Origin: Sphyrna mokarran
Lineage: Eukaryota
DNA length: 64,000 nucleotides
Direction: 5' to 3'
Assembly (NCBI GenBank): GCA_024679065.1
Contig: JAGIQG010000001.1
Span: forward strand, 101,432,001 to 101,496,000
Below, in pieces: positions 12,456-25,859 of the stretch. The first letter of the stretch is position 1. Each line of letters begins with the position of its first letter. The notes beneath the pieces are model-generated. The model did no database searches. It saw nothing but the letters and a program-made list of their open reading frames with translations, and was not told the DNA's origin. Both the position numbers and the translations under genes were made by a program.

Positions 12456-13609
12456 ATTTCGTTAGGAGCACTTACGGCTGTCATTCAGCATAAAGGTAGT
12501 GATTCCATTGCAGTAAGAGTCAGCTTGGTCTGAAACTTGGCTTACCTCCTTGCAGGAATGCTGCAATGCAGAATTATGGTGATGATGTCATAGATATGAC
12601 CATGATGTTGTGAACAGATAGACATCATTTTTGCAGTCACCTCCACTTCAAAGAGACAAATGTTGATCTACTAAGTCATTTGCCTGCATGTTGATAATTG
12701 TAACTTGAATTTCCTTTCCTTCATTTTTGCTTGCCAGCAAAATTTCTATCCTCAGATTCTGACATTCTGCCTTATTTCCTTTTAAATTTCTCTTTTACGT
12801 TTTCCACTCCCACCATTAATGTACTCTCTTCAGTCATTCAAATATAAACCTGACACTAAACAAATGATCGAACCTCAGGAACTTGGATGTAGACAGTACG
12901 CTTCCATTTGAGTCTGACAAAAACCTACCAATAACTATTCCAGTCTGGACTGTTTCAATTCTGGGTAACTAGGAAATAAATATTGTTTGGCAAGTATATT
13001 TCACAACTGTTTAAAATAGTAACACCATTACATTTTATTATACCATTATAGATAAGTATGACTATTTCTTCACAAATGTTAACACGCTTTTCAAGTAACT
13101 TAATCTTTTGAGTACCATTGATAAATTTGCATGCACTCAATACTATCTACAGATAGGAATCAATAGCTGTGTTGACCTTGTTGCTCTTTTGTATTTTTTG
13201 ACCATTACTTATTACTTCAGAAAGAAATTGGAAATAGAGTTAGTTTAAAATATTCCTTCAATGCCATATATATGAACTCCAATTCAGAAAAACTACTTAA
13301 GATATGAAGCTTTTATATATACACATCAGCATACATACTGGCTTTTTTGTTTCTGAGTTGATTACCCTTACTCAACAGTTCGTAAATGCTTAGAAGCCTG
13401 ATTCTGCCTATGGACAGAAGGTAAAATGTGAAGACAGAGACTCAGGTAGTTAGATTATAAAGTGTTTGCTAGGCTGAGGAACATTTACGAGAAGATCAGA
13501 ATAATTATTTTGTTTATCAAGCAAGCTGACTCATCAGTATGGAGAACTGTTACATTCCATTATTTTATATTATTACGTGCTAATTTGTACTAATTGAACT
13601 TGGTAACTA

Positions 13610-13760
13610 ATACAAATGCGAAATATAATGGATGCTGGAATTCTGAAATTTAAAAAAAATGCTTGAAATAGCCTGCAAGTTTGGCTGCATCTGTAGTGAG
13701 AAATGTTAGCCTTTCAGAATCTTTGCTGTGTATTTCCAGCAATTCCTGCTTTTGTTTGCC
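13610..13760. mobile_element. Penelope-type pLTR remnants in inverted arrangement
   Basis: ggatgctggaattctgaaat...gcatctgtagtgag is followed by tatttccagcaattcctgcttttg. Related to 24615-24710 and 37250-37345. Confidence 0.5.
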
Positions 13761-13929
13761 GATAACTATTCTGAATCTTCACAGACATTGAAGTAAAACA
13801 GTTTTGATACATATTGTGTCAATGAGTCTTTTCACAGTCAATCTTAAAAGAGATCAAAGAAGCACACATGATAAAGACTTCAATAGCCACTTCAGTTGCA
13901 CCTCTTAAGTTATTTTGTCATATATGCAG

Positions 13930-14700
13930 ATAACAGCATCTACATTTATTCGCCATTTTAACATATTAAAGGCATACCACAAAAATGTTATCAAGCAAAA
14001 TTTGACACAGGACCTCATGATTTTTAATATTGATAATCAAAAGCTTGGTTAAAAAAATAGGTTTTGAGGAGCATCTTGAAGAGGAGAAATAGAGATTTCA
14101 GAGTTTAGAGCTAAGATGTAGCCATCAATGGTGGAACAAATTAAATTGGGGATGGAGAAGAATTAAGGGAACACAAAATCCCAGGGGGTCATAGGGTTTG
14201 AGGGGATTATGTAGATGTGCAGGATTTGAAAACATAGATAAGAACTTTAAAATTGAGGCATTGCTGGATTGGATGTCAGTGCAGGTCAGCAAGCATGTAG
14301 GAGATGAGTTGCAAATTCAGAAACAGATAGCATAGTTTTGGATGTGTTCAAGCCTAGGGGGCTGGAAGTAAGAAGGCCAACCAGGAGAACTCATCTTCAT
14401 CAAATAAGACGCACAAGATTGTGAAAGGCCTGTTTCAACCTCTGGAGACAGTTTACAGGAAAAATATCGGAGTCAGTGGCTCCACAGTGAATTTTGTCAT
14501 GCAATGAATGATTTTGGTTATACCAGTATTTAGTTGGAGGATGTCTCTGCTTATTCAGTACTGAATATTATATAAGCAATGTAACAATTCACAACTGGTG
14601 GGAGCGGTAAAGTGATGTAGAGCTGGCTGTCACTAGGCTTTGTATGGAACATTATGTGTTTTAATATTGTCTCACCTTGAAGCATCATGAAACAGGGAGC
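13930..14700 (-). mobile_element. Decayed L2 LINE 3' fragment
   Basis: ggttttgaggagcatcttgaagaggag and gatttgaaaacat...aactttaaaattgagg. Homologous to 42000-42560. Confidence 0.6.
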
Positions 14701-15400
14701 CAAAAATATCCTTAAGTGCAAAGAAGCAGGATTAGGCTATTCAGCCTGTTGAGCCTCCTCCTCTATTAATTTATATAATTGCTTATCATCCAATTTCCTA
14801 CTCTGTCCCCATATCCTTTGATGTCATTAGTATCCAGAAATCTATCAATTTCTATCTTGAACAAGTTGAATGATTGAGCATCCAAGCCTTCTGAGATAAA
14901 AAAAATTTCAAAGATTCATCACCCTCTGATTACAATATCCCTCATCCCAGTCTTAACCTGTCTGCCCCTTATTCTGAGATTGAGCATCCTATCTATACCT
15001 CCCCTATAACATTCTGTAAGAATTTGGTAAGTTTCGTTGAGATCATCTCTCATTCTCAAATCCCTAGAGAATACAGATCTGGTTTCCTCAATTTCTCCTC
15101 ATAAGACAATCCCGTTATCTCAGGGATTAGACTGGTGATCCTTTGTTGTACTCCATCTATGGCAAATATATCCTTCCTTAGTTAAGGAGATCAAAACTTT
15201 CATAATGCTCTGAGTGCAGTCTCACCAAGCGTCTATACCATTGCAAAAGATATAATTTCTCCTAGACTCAAATTCTCCTGCAATGAGGGCCAACATACGC
15301 TTATTTCTAACCAAAGCCCAAGGTTCATCTCGCTCTGACTCCTCTGCTTTTAGCTTTGGAAACATAAACACCCATTTTCTGTATGTGGACATAACATAAT

Positions 15401-15740
15401 TGGGACAACACAGTAGCACAATGGTTAACACCGCTGCTTCACAGCTCCAAAGATTTGGGTTTGATTCCTGGTTTGGGTCACTTTCTGTGTAGAGTTTGCA
15501 CATTCTCTTCATGTCTGCATGGGTTTCTTCCAGATGCTCCAGTTTCCTCCCACAGTCCAAAGATATGTGGGTTACGTTGATTGACCATGCTAAAATTGCC
15601 CCTTAGTGTCCTAAAATGTATAGGTTAGAGAGATTAATAGGTAAAATATATAGGGATGTTGGGGTAGGGCCTGGGTGAGATTGTGGTCAGTGCGGACTTG
15701 ATGCGCCAAATGGCCTCTTTCTGTTAGGTTTCTATAATTC
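15401..15740 (+). mobile_element. HE1/V-SINE-like tRNA-derived SINE
   Basis: A-box-like gcacaatggttaacaccgctgcttcacagc, B-box-like gggtttgattcctgg, V-core tgtgtagagtttgcacattctc...ttcctcccacagtccaaaga, CR1-like tail. Confidence 0.85.
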
Positions 15741-16059
15741 TATACCAGTTGCCTTTGGAATTTTTTGCTGCACATAACTACTAGCTTTTATTGATTTATG
15801 AATAGGAAATCCAGGTCCTTTTGGACATCAACACTTCTCAATGTCTTACCATTTGAGAAATACTCGGCCTTTCTGTTTTTTCTACCAACTTGGATAACTT
15901 CTTACTTATGCACATCATATTTTACCTATTATGCTCTTACCCATTTTCTTAATTTGTTGAAGTCCTCTTGAAGTCTCCTTGTATTCTTTTCACAACTCAC
16001 ATTCCCAATCCTGTCATCAGCAGGTTTGGAAAGGCTACATTTGGTTCCCACACCCAAAT

Positions 16060-16395
16060 CATAGAATCATAGAAACCCTACAGTGCAGAAAGAGACCCTT
16101 CAGCCTAATGAGTCTGCAGCAAACACAATCCTACTCAGGCCCTACCCCCATATCCTACATATTTTACCTACTAATCCTTCTAACCTATGCACCCGAGGAC
16201 ACTAAGGGCAATTTTTTAGCATAGCCAATCAACCTAACCTGCACATCTTTGAACTGTGGGAGGAAACTGGAGCACCCGAAACTCATGAGGAGAATGTGCA
16301 AACTCCAGACAAATAGTGACCCAAGCCAGGAATCAAACACAGGTCCCTGGAGCTGTGAATCTGTAGTGCTAACCACTGTGCTACCATGCCGCCCT
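16060..16395 (-). mobile_element. HE1/V-SINE-like SINE
   Basis: Reverse complement of the family at 15401-15740, with an atagaatcatagaa tail. Confidence 0.85.
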
Positions 16396-16639
16396 ATCAT
16401 TTATATAGATTGCGAACAGCTGTGGTCCCAGCACTGATTCTTGTGGTACCCCACTAGTAACTGTCATCCTGAGAATGGCTCATTTATTCAAACTTCCTGT
16501 TTTCTGTCTGTTAACCAATCCTCAGTCCAAATCAGTATATTACCACAATCCCACATGATCTAGTCTTGTTTATTAACTACCCACTTTGATAAGTGGAATC
16601 TTATCAAAAGCTTTCTGAAAATCCAAATTAAGAACAAAT

Positions 16640-17485
16640 ATCAGATATGGGCATTGCTGGCTAAGCCAGCATTTATTGCCCATCCCTGAATGTGCTTGCG
16701 AAGGTGGTGGTGAGACGCTTTCTTGAATAGCTGCAGTCTCTGTGATATAGTATATCCGCCCTGCTATTAATAAAGAAGTTGAAGATGTTGACCATTGGCG
16801 ATAAAGGAATGTCAATGCATTTCCAAATTAGAATGGTGAATGTGCACGTCGTGGCATTCCCTTATCTCTGCTGACCTTGGTAGCTTTTGTGGGATTGCAA
16901 GAGGCTTCAAACAAACAGATCTATAGTTCTATTTTCTCTCTCCAAGGCTTGGAGAGTTCCTGCACTGCATTTTGTAGATGGTACACATGGCTGCCATTAT
17001 GTATTAGTGATGGAGAGACAAGTGTTTGTGGAAGAGGTGCCAATCCAGTGGGCTGCTTTGTCCTGGATGGTGGTAAGCTTCTTGAATGCTGTTGGAGTTG
17101 CACTCATCTGGGTAAGTGAAGAGTATTCCATTACATAGATTTGTGTTTTGTAGATGGTGGGATGCTCCTCACCTCTGACCTGCCATTGTATTCATATGGC
17201 TAGTTAAGTTCAATTTCTGGTCAATGGTAACACCCAGAATATTGATGGTGGAGGATTCAATGATGGTAATGCCAATTACTGTCAAGGAGTGATGGTTAGA
17301 TTCTCTGTTGTGGGAGATGGTCATTGACTTACACTTGTGTGATGCAATTGTTACTTGTCCCTTGTCAGTCCAGGCCTGGATTGTCCAGGTCTAGCTGTAT
17401 TTGCATATGGATTGCATTAGTCTCTGAGGGGTTGCAAATTATACATAACATTGTGCAATCATCAGTAAACATCCCCATTTCTAAC
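16640..17485 (-). mobile_element. L2/CR1-clade LINE 3' fragment nested in CR1
   Basis: tgggcattgctggctaagccagcatttattgcccatccc terminus. Same family as 22145-22880 and 47581-48250. Confidence 0.8.
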
Positions 17486-18399
17486 CATATAGACCATATC
17501 CACAGGTACTCCTTCATTTACGCCATAAGTAACCATCTTCAAAACACTCCAGCGAGTTTGCCAAACATGATTTCCTTCTCAAATCTGTATTGATTCTGCC
17601 CAATCGTATCATCATTTTCCAAGTGTCTAGTTATCACATCCTTTACAATTGTTTCTGACATTTTTTTTGCAACTGACTTCAAACTAACAGATCTGTAGTT
17701 CCTTATTTTCTCTTTCATTCTCTTCTTAAATAGAGGATTCCATTTGCTAACTTGCAGTCTGCAGGAGCTTTTCCATAGTACATAATATTTTGAAAGATCA
17801 GTGCAATAACTATCTCTATAGGCACCTCTTTAAACACTCTGGGATGTAGCTCATCAAGTTCAGCTGGGGATTTATCAACCTTCAATTAATTTTTCTTTAT
17901 TAATGTTATTATTTTCAGTTCCTGATTTTCACAAGCCCCGTGGTTCCCTAGTATTTCTGGGAGATTTTCTGCATCTTTCTCTGTGAAGATGAATACACAG
18001 TAATTGTTTATTTTCTTCGTTATTTCCCTATTCTTCATTATGAATTTAACTGCTTCCACCTGTAATGGACCCACATTTGTCCTTGCTAATCTTTTCCTTC
18101 TCACATACCTGAAGAAGCTTTTACAGTCTTTTTTATATTTCTCACTTGTTTGAATTCATGTTCTTTTTTTCCCTTCCTTATCAGTTTCTTGTCCCCCTTT
18201 TCTGGATTCTAAATTGCCTGCAGTCCTTGGGCTTACCTCTTTTCCTGGCAATCTTATAGGATGCTTCCTTTGATCTCTTCAATCTTTAACTTATTTGATT
18301 CATTTTCCTGTTGGGTTTTGTGCTTAGGGGAAATGAATATTTGTTGTAGACAAATCTTTGGTTAACAGCAGAGTAACAATGCAGAAGCAGGAAGAGAAA

Positions 18400-19990
18400 C
18401 TATTGCAAGCAATTCTCAGACTACAGCTGGTTAGATAAGAATAGTGCTGGATGAGGATGGGAACCCAACTGTATTACGGATGAGAAATGTTGGGGGAAAT
18501 TGATGTTGGTCAGCTATATAAAAGAGTGCAGGCAGGAAGGAGAGAAGTTAGTTACCATGATCACAATCAGCTGGGATGACATTTAGTGATGGCAACCTAG
18601 ACTACTGAGTGAGCTGTATAAGGGGCCCTTCTTCATCCCAGTAGGCTGCAAGATTGAAATTGGGCTTGTTTACTAATCACCCCACTAATCAGATTGGATG
18701 CATTTAATACACACCAAATATTTCATAAGCTTTGGAAAATACTTAATTGTTCATATATTGATAGAACTATGAACTTCAAATATTATGAACAAAAATAATA
18801 TTTACAATTTGGGCACAGAGCGAGCTCACACCTCTTGCGGTCAATGTTACGTTCAATCAGCATTTCATTTCATGAAGCATATCACTTCAGTCATACAGCA
18901 GGAATAAACCAAGTGGATGAAAACGAGCATAATCTTGTGGTGGATATTGCTTAGCAAAATGTCTTGTGGGCCGCACTCAGAACTCTGATGGGCCGCATGC
19001 AGTCCATGGGCAGCAGGTACCACTGAGCAAGAACCATTTAGTACTGTGGCAGGGATAGAAACCTGAATGGAAGGTGACAGTGTGTTTGGGAACCTTAGAG
19101 AGGAATGAAAGAGTGAAGATGAGATGGCAGTTTGCTAGGACAATATGATCAGGTTTTACTATTGAGAAATTGGTGATGACGGCAGATCTGGAGGAGTGGG
19201 AAATAGCACCTGTGGAGGAAGAAGGAACTGTTAACATTACTAGCTTTCACTGGAGTCAGGAAGACAAGGTGAGTGGTCAGAAGTTTAGTGGGCATAGGTT
19301 TGAAGGAGCAGGAGGTATGTCTGCTGGACGAGGTGAGCTTGGATAGGGGATATGGGGAGAAAGAAAAACTAGAAAAGGATACAAGTTCAAAGAGAGAATA
19401 ACTTGATGGAATGTTTGGTTTGTGGATTAGAAGGAGAAAACAAAAGAGGCAGCTGAATGGATGGTTTTAACCTTCATGAAAACAATTTGTGAGGTCCTTA
19501 CACTTGTTAGATGTGTCATTGCGAAAGATAGGGTTCAGAAGACAGCTGGTAATGGAGAAGGGAAGCTAGGGTATTGCAGGGATAGTGAACCATTTTAGCA
19601 GAGGAGTGCAAGACCTGATAGGGTTTGATGTGGTCCAGCCAAATCTGATTAGCATAAATATTCAAGTCTATATCCTTTTAGGGATTTAAGGAAGTAACAA
19701 TGAGAGCTGTACCAGGAGAATGATCAAGGTAAGAGGTAATGGTTTTATTGTAAACAAGAACAATTAGGGTAGAGGTAACAGTGGGATTGAGCTAATCGAT
19801 AATATAAAAATGTCATGATGAATAGAGGCTCAAGGCAAGATAATTTCGAAGTGTTCAATATTTGATGCATCCAAGTTGGTTTATCAAGTCTGATGCATTA
19901 ACTGTAAAGCAGAACTGCAAGCTCTGGACCTTTGGTTCCAATGTAAGTGTCAGGATCAACCTATATGAGCGTGGAAAGTAAAGGAAATGC
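18400..19990 (-). mobile_element. Highly decayed L2-like LINE internal fragment
   Basis: Purine-rich + strand (gaggagtggg, ggagcaggagg) as expected for an antisense L2 ORF. No intact motif recognised. Confidence 0.4.
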
Positions 19991-22144
19991 CCTTATTTCA
20001 GTTTATGGCAATTCATAGCCTACAGTCTGTGTGGTTTGGGCAATTCTCAGAGTTAGCCAGGGAGCAGAATCAATGCTGGTCAGCCATTCAGCTTTATATT
20101 AACGAATTTGAAGTATTCAGTAACCATCATGTAAAGAGTTTTCTTCTTCTCCCCTTAAGTTGATTGTGTTTTTCTGCCTCACGTCAGGAAATTGGTGCTC
20201 CATATTTCATCCAGCCTATTGACTCCCCACTGCCTGGTGAAACTAGCTACTAAAACTGCATACATGGAATTATCACAACCAGCCTTGTCCTCTTCTAGAA
20301 CTGGGGCTCAAAGAGAGTATTTTGTGTCAGTTTTTGCGAAGATGGAAAGTGTGATTAAAAGGCTGCAATTGGAGATAAATATTCAAAGTGAAGCTATTAA
20401 AAAGGCTACTGGAGCTGTAACAAAATTGAGGTTTTTTTTCTAATTTTTCTTTGAAGTCAGTCGTAGGTCATAAGCAGTTTAAAAGATGACTGTGGATTCC
20501 TGCACTAAGCTTACTTGAACAAAATGTTACAAGTTTTATCAGTTAGAGGCAAGAGAGAAATATAATTCACCTTTAACTGTGCTGCCTGTTTGGTTCTGTT
20601 TTTGAATTTGGAAGGCCAGATATTTAAAGAAGGCTTGGTTTTAATTTCTAGGATATATAAAAAAAAGACTATTAATGTCAGAACAGTTGGAAAATCTTGA
20701 GGGGGATAGCATTATGCATATTTAAAAAATACTTCCAAAAGGTTGGCGTGGACCTAAGAATTGCTTTCCTTTTTATTTTAAATTCTTGAGTTAGATAGAA
20801 GATTGCCTGTTGTAAGCAGATACACATTTTATGACTTTCATGTGTGCTTGTTCGTCTTTTGTAAAATTAAATTTGGCTGATATTTAGACTTGAAACAAGA
20901 TCAAATGTAACGGTGTACCACTTTTGAAGACTAGCCTGAGATTTTGTGAAGGCACAAACTACGTCCAATAGCTGAAAGCAATTACACACAAGGTTTTCAG
21001 TTTATATCCTGGACATATTACTGAAAGCTGAACTCGACCTCATTATAAGGATGAACACTGTGAAAGATATGGGGAGTTAGGATTTGGCCAAAACATGTAC
21101 TGATCTGGCAATTATAATCTTGGCTCCTCACACCTTAAGTGCAGATGCAGATCCCATCCAGATCCTTCAACTATCCCCCAGTGTGTTGGGAGGAGCAGGG
21201 CAGAAGCACTAGTCCTGCCTGCTAACGTGCTTGTCCCATAATTCCTATTATCGTTTACAATGAAAGCCAAGAGGGGGTGAGTATTTGTGCTAAAATATTC
21301 TTTAAGCTTTGAATCCCACCAGCAATTTGAGAAATTCTTTGCTCAGCAGAGCAGCTGATCAGGTTTCCCACAATATTTAGATACTCTAAAGACTGAACGT
21401 GCCCTTAATTTACTCATCCAAAGAACCAACAGCTCCAAAGTTTGGCCTCTCTATTTGTCAAAAAGACTCTTTAACAGCCCGCATGTACCTGCTGTATTGT
21501 TAGCTGACAGTGGGTTTCACCACTGAAAAGCTTTCCCTGCCATGTGATTGCACTTGTCTTCATTGTAAACTGTCAGCACTTAAGTTTTAATTGGAATTGC
21601 GCGATAATCAGCAAAAAGAAAGCAGAAATAGCACCCAGTTACTATTCCACCATCATGCCACCATAAAAATTCTACCCATGGTCTCTATTTTAATAGCAGT
21701 AACAAAATCATGATTGGAATTGGAGTTTGTTTATGTATATTTTTTAGTTCAACTTTATAAACATGGCAGGAAATTTGCAGCATGCAAAGGATAATTAAGC
21801 ACACAGGTTAAATACTAATTAAAAGATTATAACGTTATTTTAGTGTTTAAAACCTTCTTAGAGTGAATAAGGAATACTGGGAGTGTGTTTATTCAAGATT
21901 GACAATATCATGCAATGCCCATCGTATGGTACACTCTCCATTTTGCACACACTCTAGATTTTACTATGCTGTTTTTATTCAGTTAATTTCCCCAAGGTAA
22001 CTTATGCTGCATGACATCAGACACCAAAAATCTGTATTACTCTGATTCAATGAATTCCAGAGTTGCAGCTGAACAACTGTCCTGTTCCATTATATTTGTG
22101 TATTTTATCTATACATGTTATCTTCCTCCTGTTTTGAATCAGAT

Positions 22145-22880
22145 TTATTTTTATTCATTCATGGAATATGGGCATCACTGGCTGAGCCATCATTTACTGT
22201 CTATCCCCAGTTGCCTTCAGAAGGTGGTGGTGAGCTGCCTTCTTGAACTGCTGCAATCCCTAAGGTGTAGGCACATCCGCAGTGCTGTTAAGAAGGGAAT
22301 TCCATGATTCTGACCCAGCGACAGTGAAGGAATGGCAATATATTTCCAAGTCCGGATGGAGATCACTTGGAGACGGAATCTCCAGGTGGTAGTGTTCACA
22401 GGTATCTGCTGCATTTGTCCTCCTGGATGATGATGGGTGTGGAAGTTACTGTCTAAGGAACATTGGTGCGTTCCTGCAGTGCATCTTGTAGATGGTACAC
22501 ATGGCTGCTACTGATGGTGGAGGTAATGAACGGTTCTGGAAATGGTAGTAATCAAGGGGTTGCCTTTTTCTGGATAATGCCAAGCTTTTTGAGTGTTGTT
22601 GGAACTGCACTCATCCAGGGAAATGGACAATATTCCATTACTCTCTTGACTTGTGCTTTGTAGATGATAGGCTGTGGGAGGCAGAAGATGAGCTACTTGC
22701 CACAGGATTCCTAGTCACTGACCTGCTTTTATTGCCTCAGTATTTATATGGCTAGTCCAGTTCAATGATAATCCCCATGATGTGGGGATTCAGTGATGGT
22801 AATGCCATTGAATGTCAAGGAGTGATAGTTATATCCTTGTTGTTGGAGATGGTCATTGCCTGGTCCTTGTGCGGTGCAAT
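22145..22880 (-). mobile_element. L2/CR1-clade LINE 3' fragment
   Basis: ttattcattcatggaatatgggcatcactggc terminus. ORF 22217..22414 contains the typical TWKYIAIPSLSLGQN 3' sequence. Confidence 0.85.
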
Positions 22881-24589
22881 GATGATGACTTTGAGGAGTC
22901 AGAGTATTCATCTAGCTTCCTGTTTAAGAGCTTTCAATACAGTATTGCTTTTGATAGAAAGTATTCAACTTGCTCTTTGAGGTAAGATATTGTAACTTGA
23001 GACTTGTTGATTCTGTTGTGTATAAATTTTACCTGTGGCTATATTCATCTGCTTCAGAAGATTATGTAAATAAATTTGGCAGAATTCAAGAGAGTGTGAA
23101 GTGCAAACAATATTTTAGAAAGGTTGGATTTTATGGGCTAAATGGCTTTTTCTATTCCACATTTCCTTACGTTCCCATCACTCATTTGAGGATGGTGAGA
23201 TTTTCTGTTGCACTGAAAATATCACTCAAACTAATGCAAGAAGAAAATTCATAGTAGGCATTGTGTTTGCTAATCAGCATTCAACATTAAGATTTCGTAT
23301 GAGTAAACTGGGTGTAAAGCATGTTCCTGTGTTTTGAAAGCTTTAAAATTATCTGTTGTTGAAGTGTTAATACCAAGCAAATATTACATTTTCATTGTAA
23401 GAAACTGACTTCCTGCAATACAGAAAAGTAGCGTCAGGGATGTGTTTTATTTTGCTTTTAAAAACATAATAGTTAATAGAGGGTGGATGTCCGGTTCGTC
23501 ACTATTGTACTATTAAAATTGTTATCTGAGTTCAGTTACACAGATGAACCCTACCATTCCTTTTGCAGGAAGGTAACCAGCATGACGCCAGTAAACCCAG
23601 GAAACTGGTGATTATCTTGATAAATTCCGTTGCAAAATAATGAATTGCATGCATGTGTGCCAAGTCCAAAGCCAATTCTTATATATTTACTAAAATATTT
23701 TTTATGTGTGTTTTTGACCTGGAATACTAGTGCACTCATGAGGCATAATTTTGAGCTTATACAGATGCAAATGGGCAGTGAATAAATTGACCAGGACACT
23801 CCGTCAATACTGCCAATGAAAAGCATGAACATTTTGATCAAGTATCATCTATATTTAATAGGCACACTGCACACACATTTCCTGCACTGATTTGCAGTTT
23901 ACTGATCAGAGTTGAGTGGGAAATCCAGCAGCCTGTTGGAGCCAGACTGGCTAAAGACTGTTAAAGAGTGAGGCCCAAGTTACTTCGGAGAGGAGTGAAG
24001 AAAAGTAGAAAAACAGTTGGGAAGATATTTATGAAGGCATAGACACATTAGTTGCTCATCCTTGCTCCAAAATATCCCCAACCTTTATGAAATTCTTTTA
24101 GTGGCTGCTTGTTTGACCCCATTCTGTGCAGTTTGTGGATCGGCTTCAAGCAATACATTGACAGGTAAAAGTAGTATCGCTATTCTCTCTACATGATGTT
24201 ACACTAATTAGCACGCATTTAAAAAAAAAACTCTCAGCCATTTCTGATGTTTAGGCCAGTATTTTGCAACCTAATATAAAGATAGTGGAATTTATTTTAA
24301 CAATTTTAGTCTAACCATAATCCCATTCCTGCTAAAATATAGGATCGTAAAGTAACGAAGATCATTGTCATAGGGTGCGCTACCTGTGTGTCAGCTAACA
24401 CTTAAGGTGGAGGCCTTGCCCAAGAGAGATGAAATTATAGCCTTAAATCTACATATTAATGGTTAATCACTTTTAAAAGACGCAAGCATTTACTTATTTG
24501 GTAGTCCCTGTGAGAAACATTCTGTGCTGTAAAATTGACTTGTACGAACGTCTTGCAACAATAATAAATTCAGAAAATGCTGTAAAATT

Positions 24590-24710
24590 GTTTTGAGGAA
24601 AAATCATTCAGACTCTATTCTCTCTCCACAGATACTGTCAGACCTGCTGAGATTTTCCAGCATTTTCTGTTTTTGTTTCAGATTCCAGCATCCACAGTTT
24701 TTTGCTTTTA
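24590..24710 (+). mobile_element. Penelope-type pLTR remnant
   Basis: tctctccacagatactgtcagacctgctgagattttccagcattttctgtttttgtttcagattccagcatc. Its reverse complement resembles 37250-37345. Confidence 0.65.
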
Positions 24711-25859
24711 ACCATAAGAAACTGTTGTGCATCTTAACTGTTCCTGTCCCTGTCTGATTTGGATATGTATAAAACTTAGGGACAGTGATTGTATTTTGAA
24801 AAGCTTGGCTTCTAAAAATGTTTCACATTCTACCTTTATAACAAAGTTGTGATTTTTCAGCATTACCATTGAAAAAGCATACTGAACAATTTCACTTGGC
24901 AACTTGCACAGATCCAAGTTGCTTTTCAACTTTGGTAGCTTGCCTATTCTAGGAAGAGCACCATCACACTGCTCCATCTGTCTTCAATCCTTACATGCAT
25001 CTTTATCTAATTTCCTTTGGCTTCTGATCCTTTCCTTCCCCTATCCTAATTTCCTGTCATTTCAAAATGTCTATTTTATCCATTATTAGATTCAGTTCAT
25101 TCTAGAGGGTGAGGTTGTAATCACATATGTCCTAACAACTAGCTTCAAAGTGGCATTGAGAGCATGTGTGTCTGTCTCTTGGTCAGGATAATGTATGACC
25201 TGAAAAGAAGTGCACAGCAGAATAAATGATCCAGCTGCAGCTCCATACAACCCTCATGACGAGCTGCAGGGGAAGAATCTGCCATGTATAGCTGAACCAT
25301 TTAATACTTTTAAAATTTGAATGAATAAATGGTCTTTCTTATTTAATCACTTAAATGCACAGGATGAATACAATGACTGTTAAATGCATGAATACTTCTT
25401 TATGATTGAACTAACCATTTTGTATTCCGTAAAAAAAAAACAAAAGTTTAAATTCCATTTTGCACCTCATAAAATCAGGATGTTAAGACCAGATTAAATT
25501 TTGATTTAAAGCAGCACCTAATCTTCCTAGGTCTTTGTCACCACAACTATTAGAATATAAAATGTAGGGAGGTGAAAAGGCCATTCAACCCATTGATTGT
25601 ACTCCAGAATATGCTTCAGGACCAAATTATTTTTTCTCAACTTCTAAATTAATTTCTCTGATACTCAGGGAATGACTTACATGCAAGTATTGGATGAGAC
25701 AGGACTCAGATGTGATGCCCTCCTTGACTGAAAGTCCTCCAAAAATACTGAAGATCAGTGTGGCAAAACATAAACAAAAGCACAGAGATGCAGAAATAAA
25801 GTAAAAATGAGTGCCTTTGAAATCAAGACACCATTTGATTAATAGTGACACCTTCAGTA

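Larger units (their letters stand above)
14715..18330 (-). mobile_element. Long decayed CR1 LINE with nested insertions
   Basis: Antisense CR1 3' end at about 14720. RT motif LDFQKAFDKIP in ORF 16573..16815 and KRLARTNVGPL in ORF 17886..18104. Interrupted at about 15301-15740, 16060-16395 and 16640-17485. Confidence 0.88.

Noticed and set aside
15401-15480. tRNA-like A and B boxes
   Set aside because: This is the head of a tRNA-derived SINE, with no complete cloverleaf. The same applies at about 16320-16395, 34810-34870 and 36705-36776.
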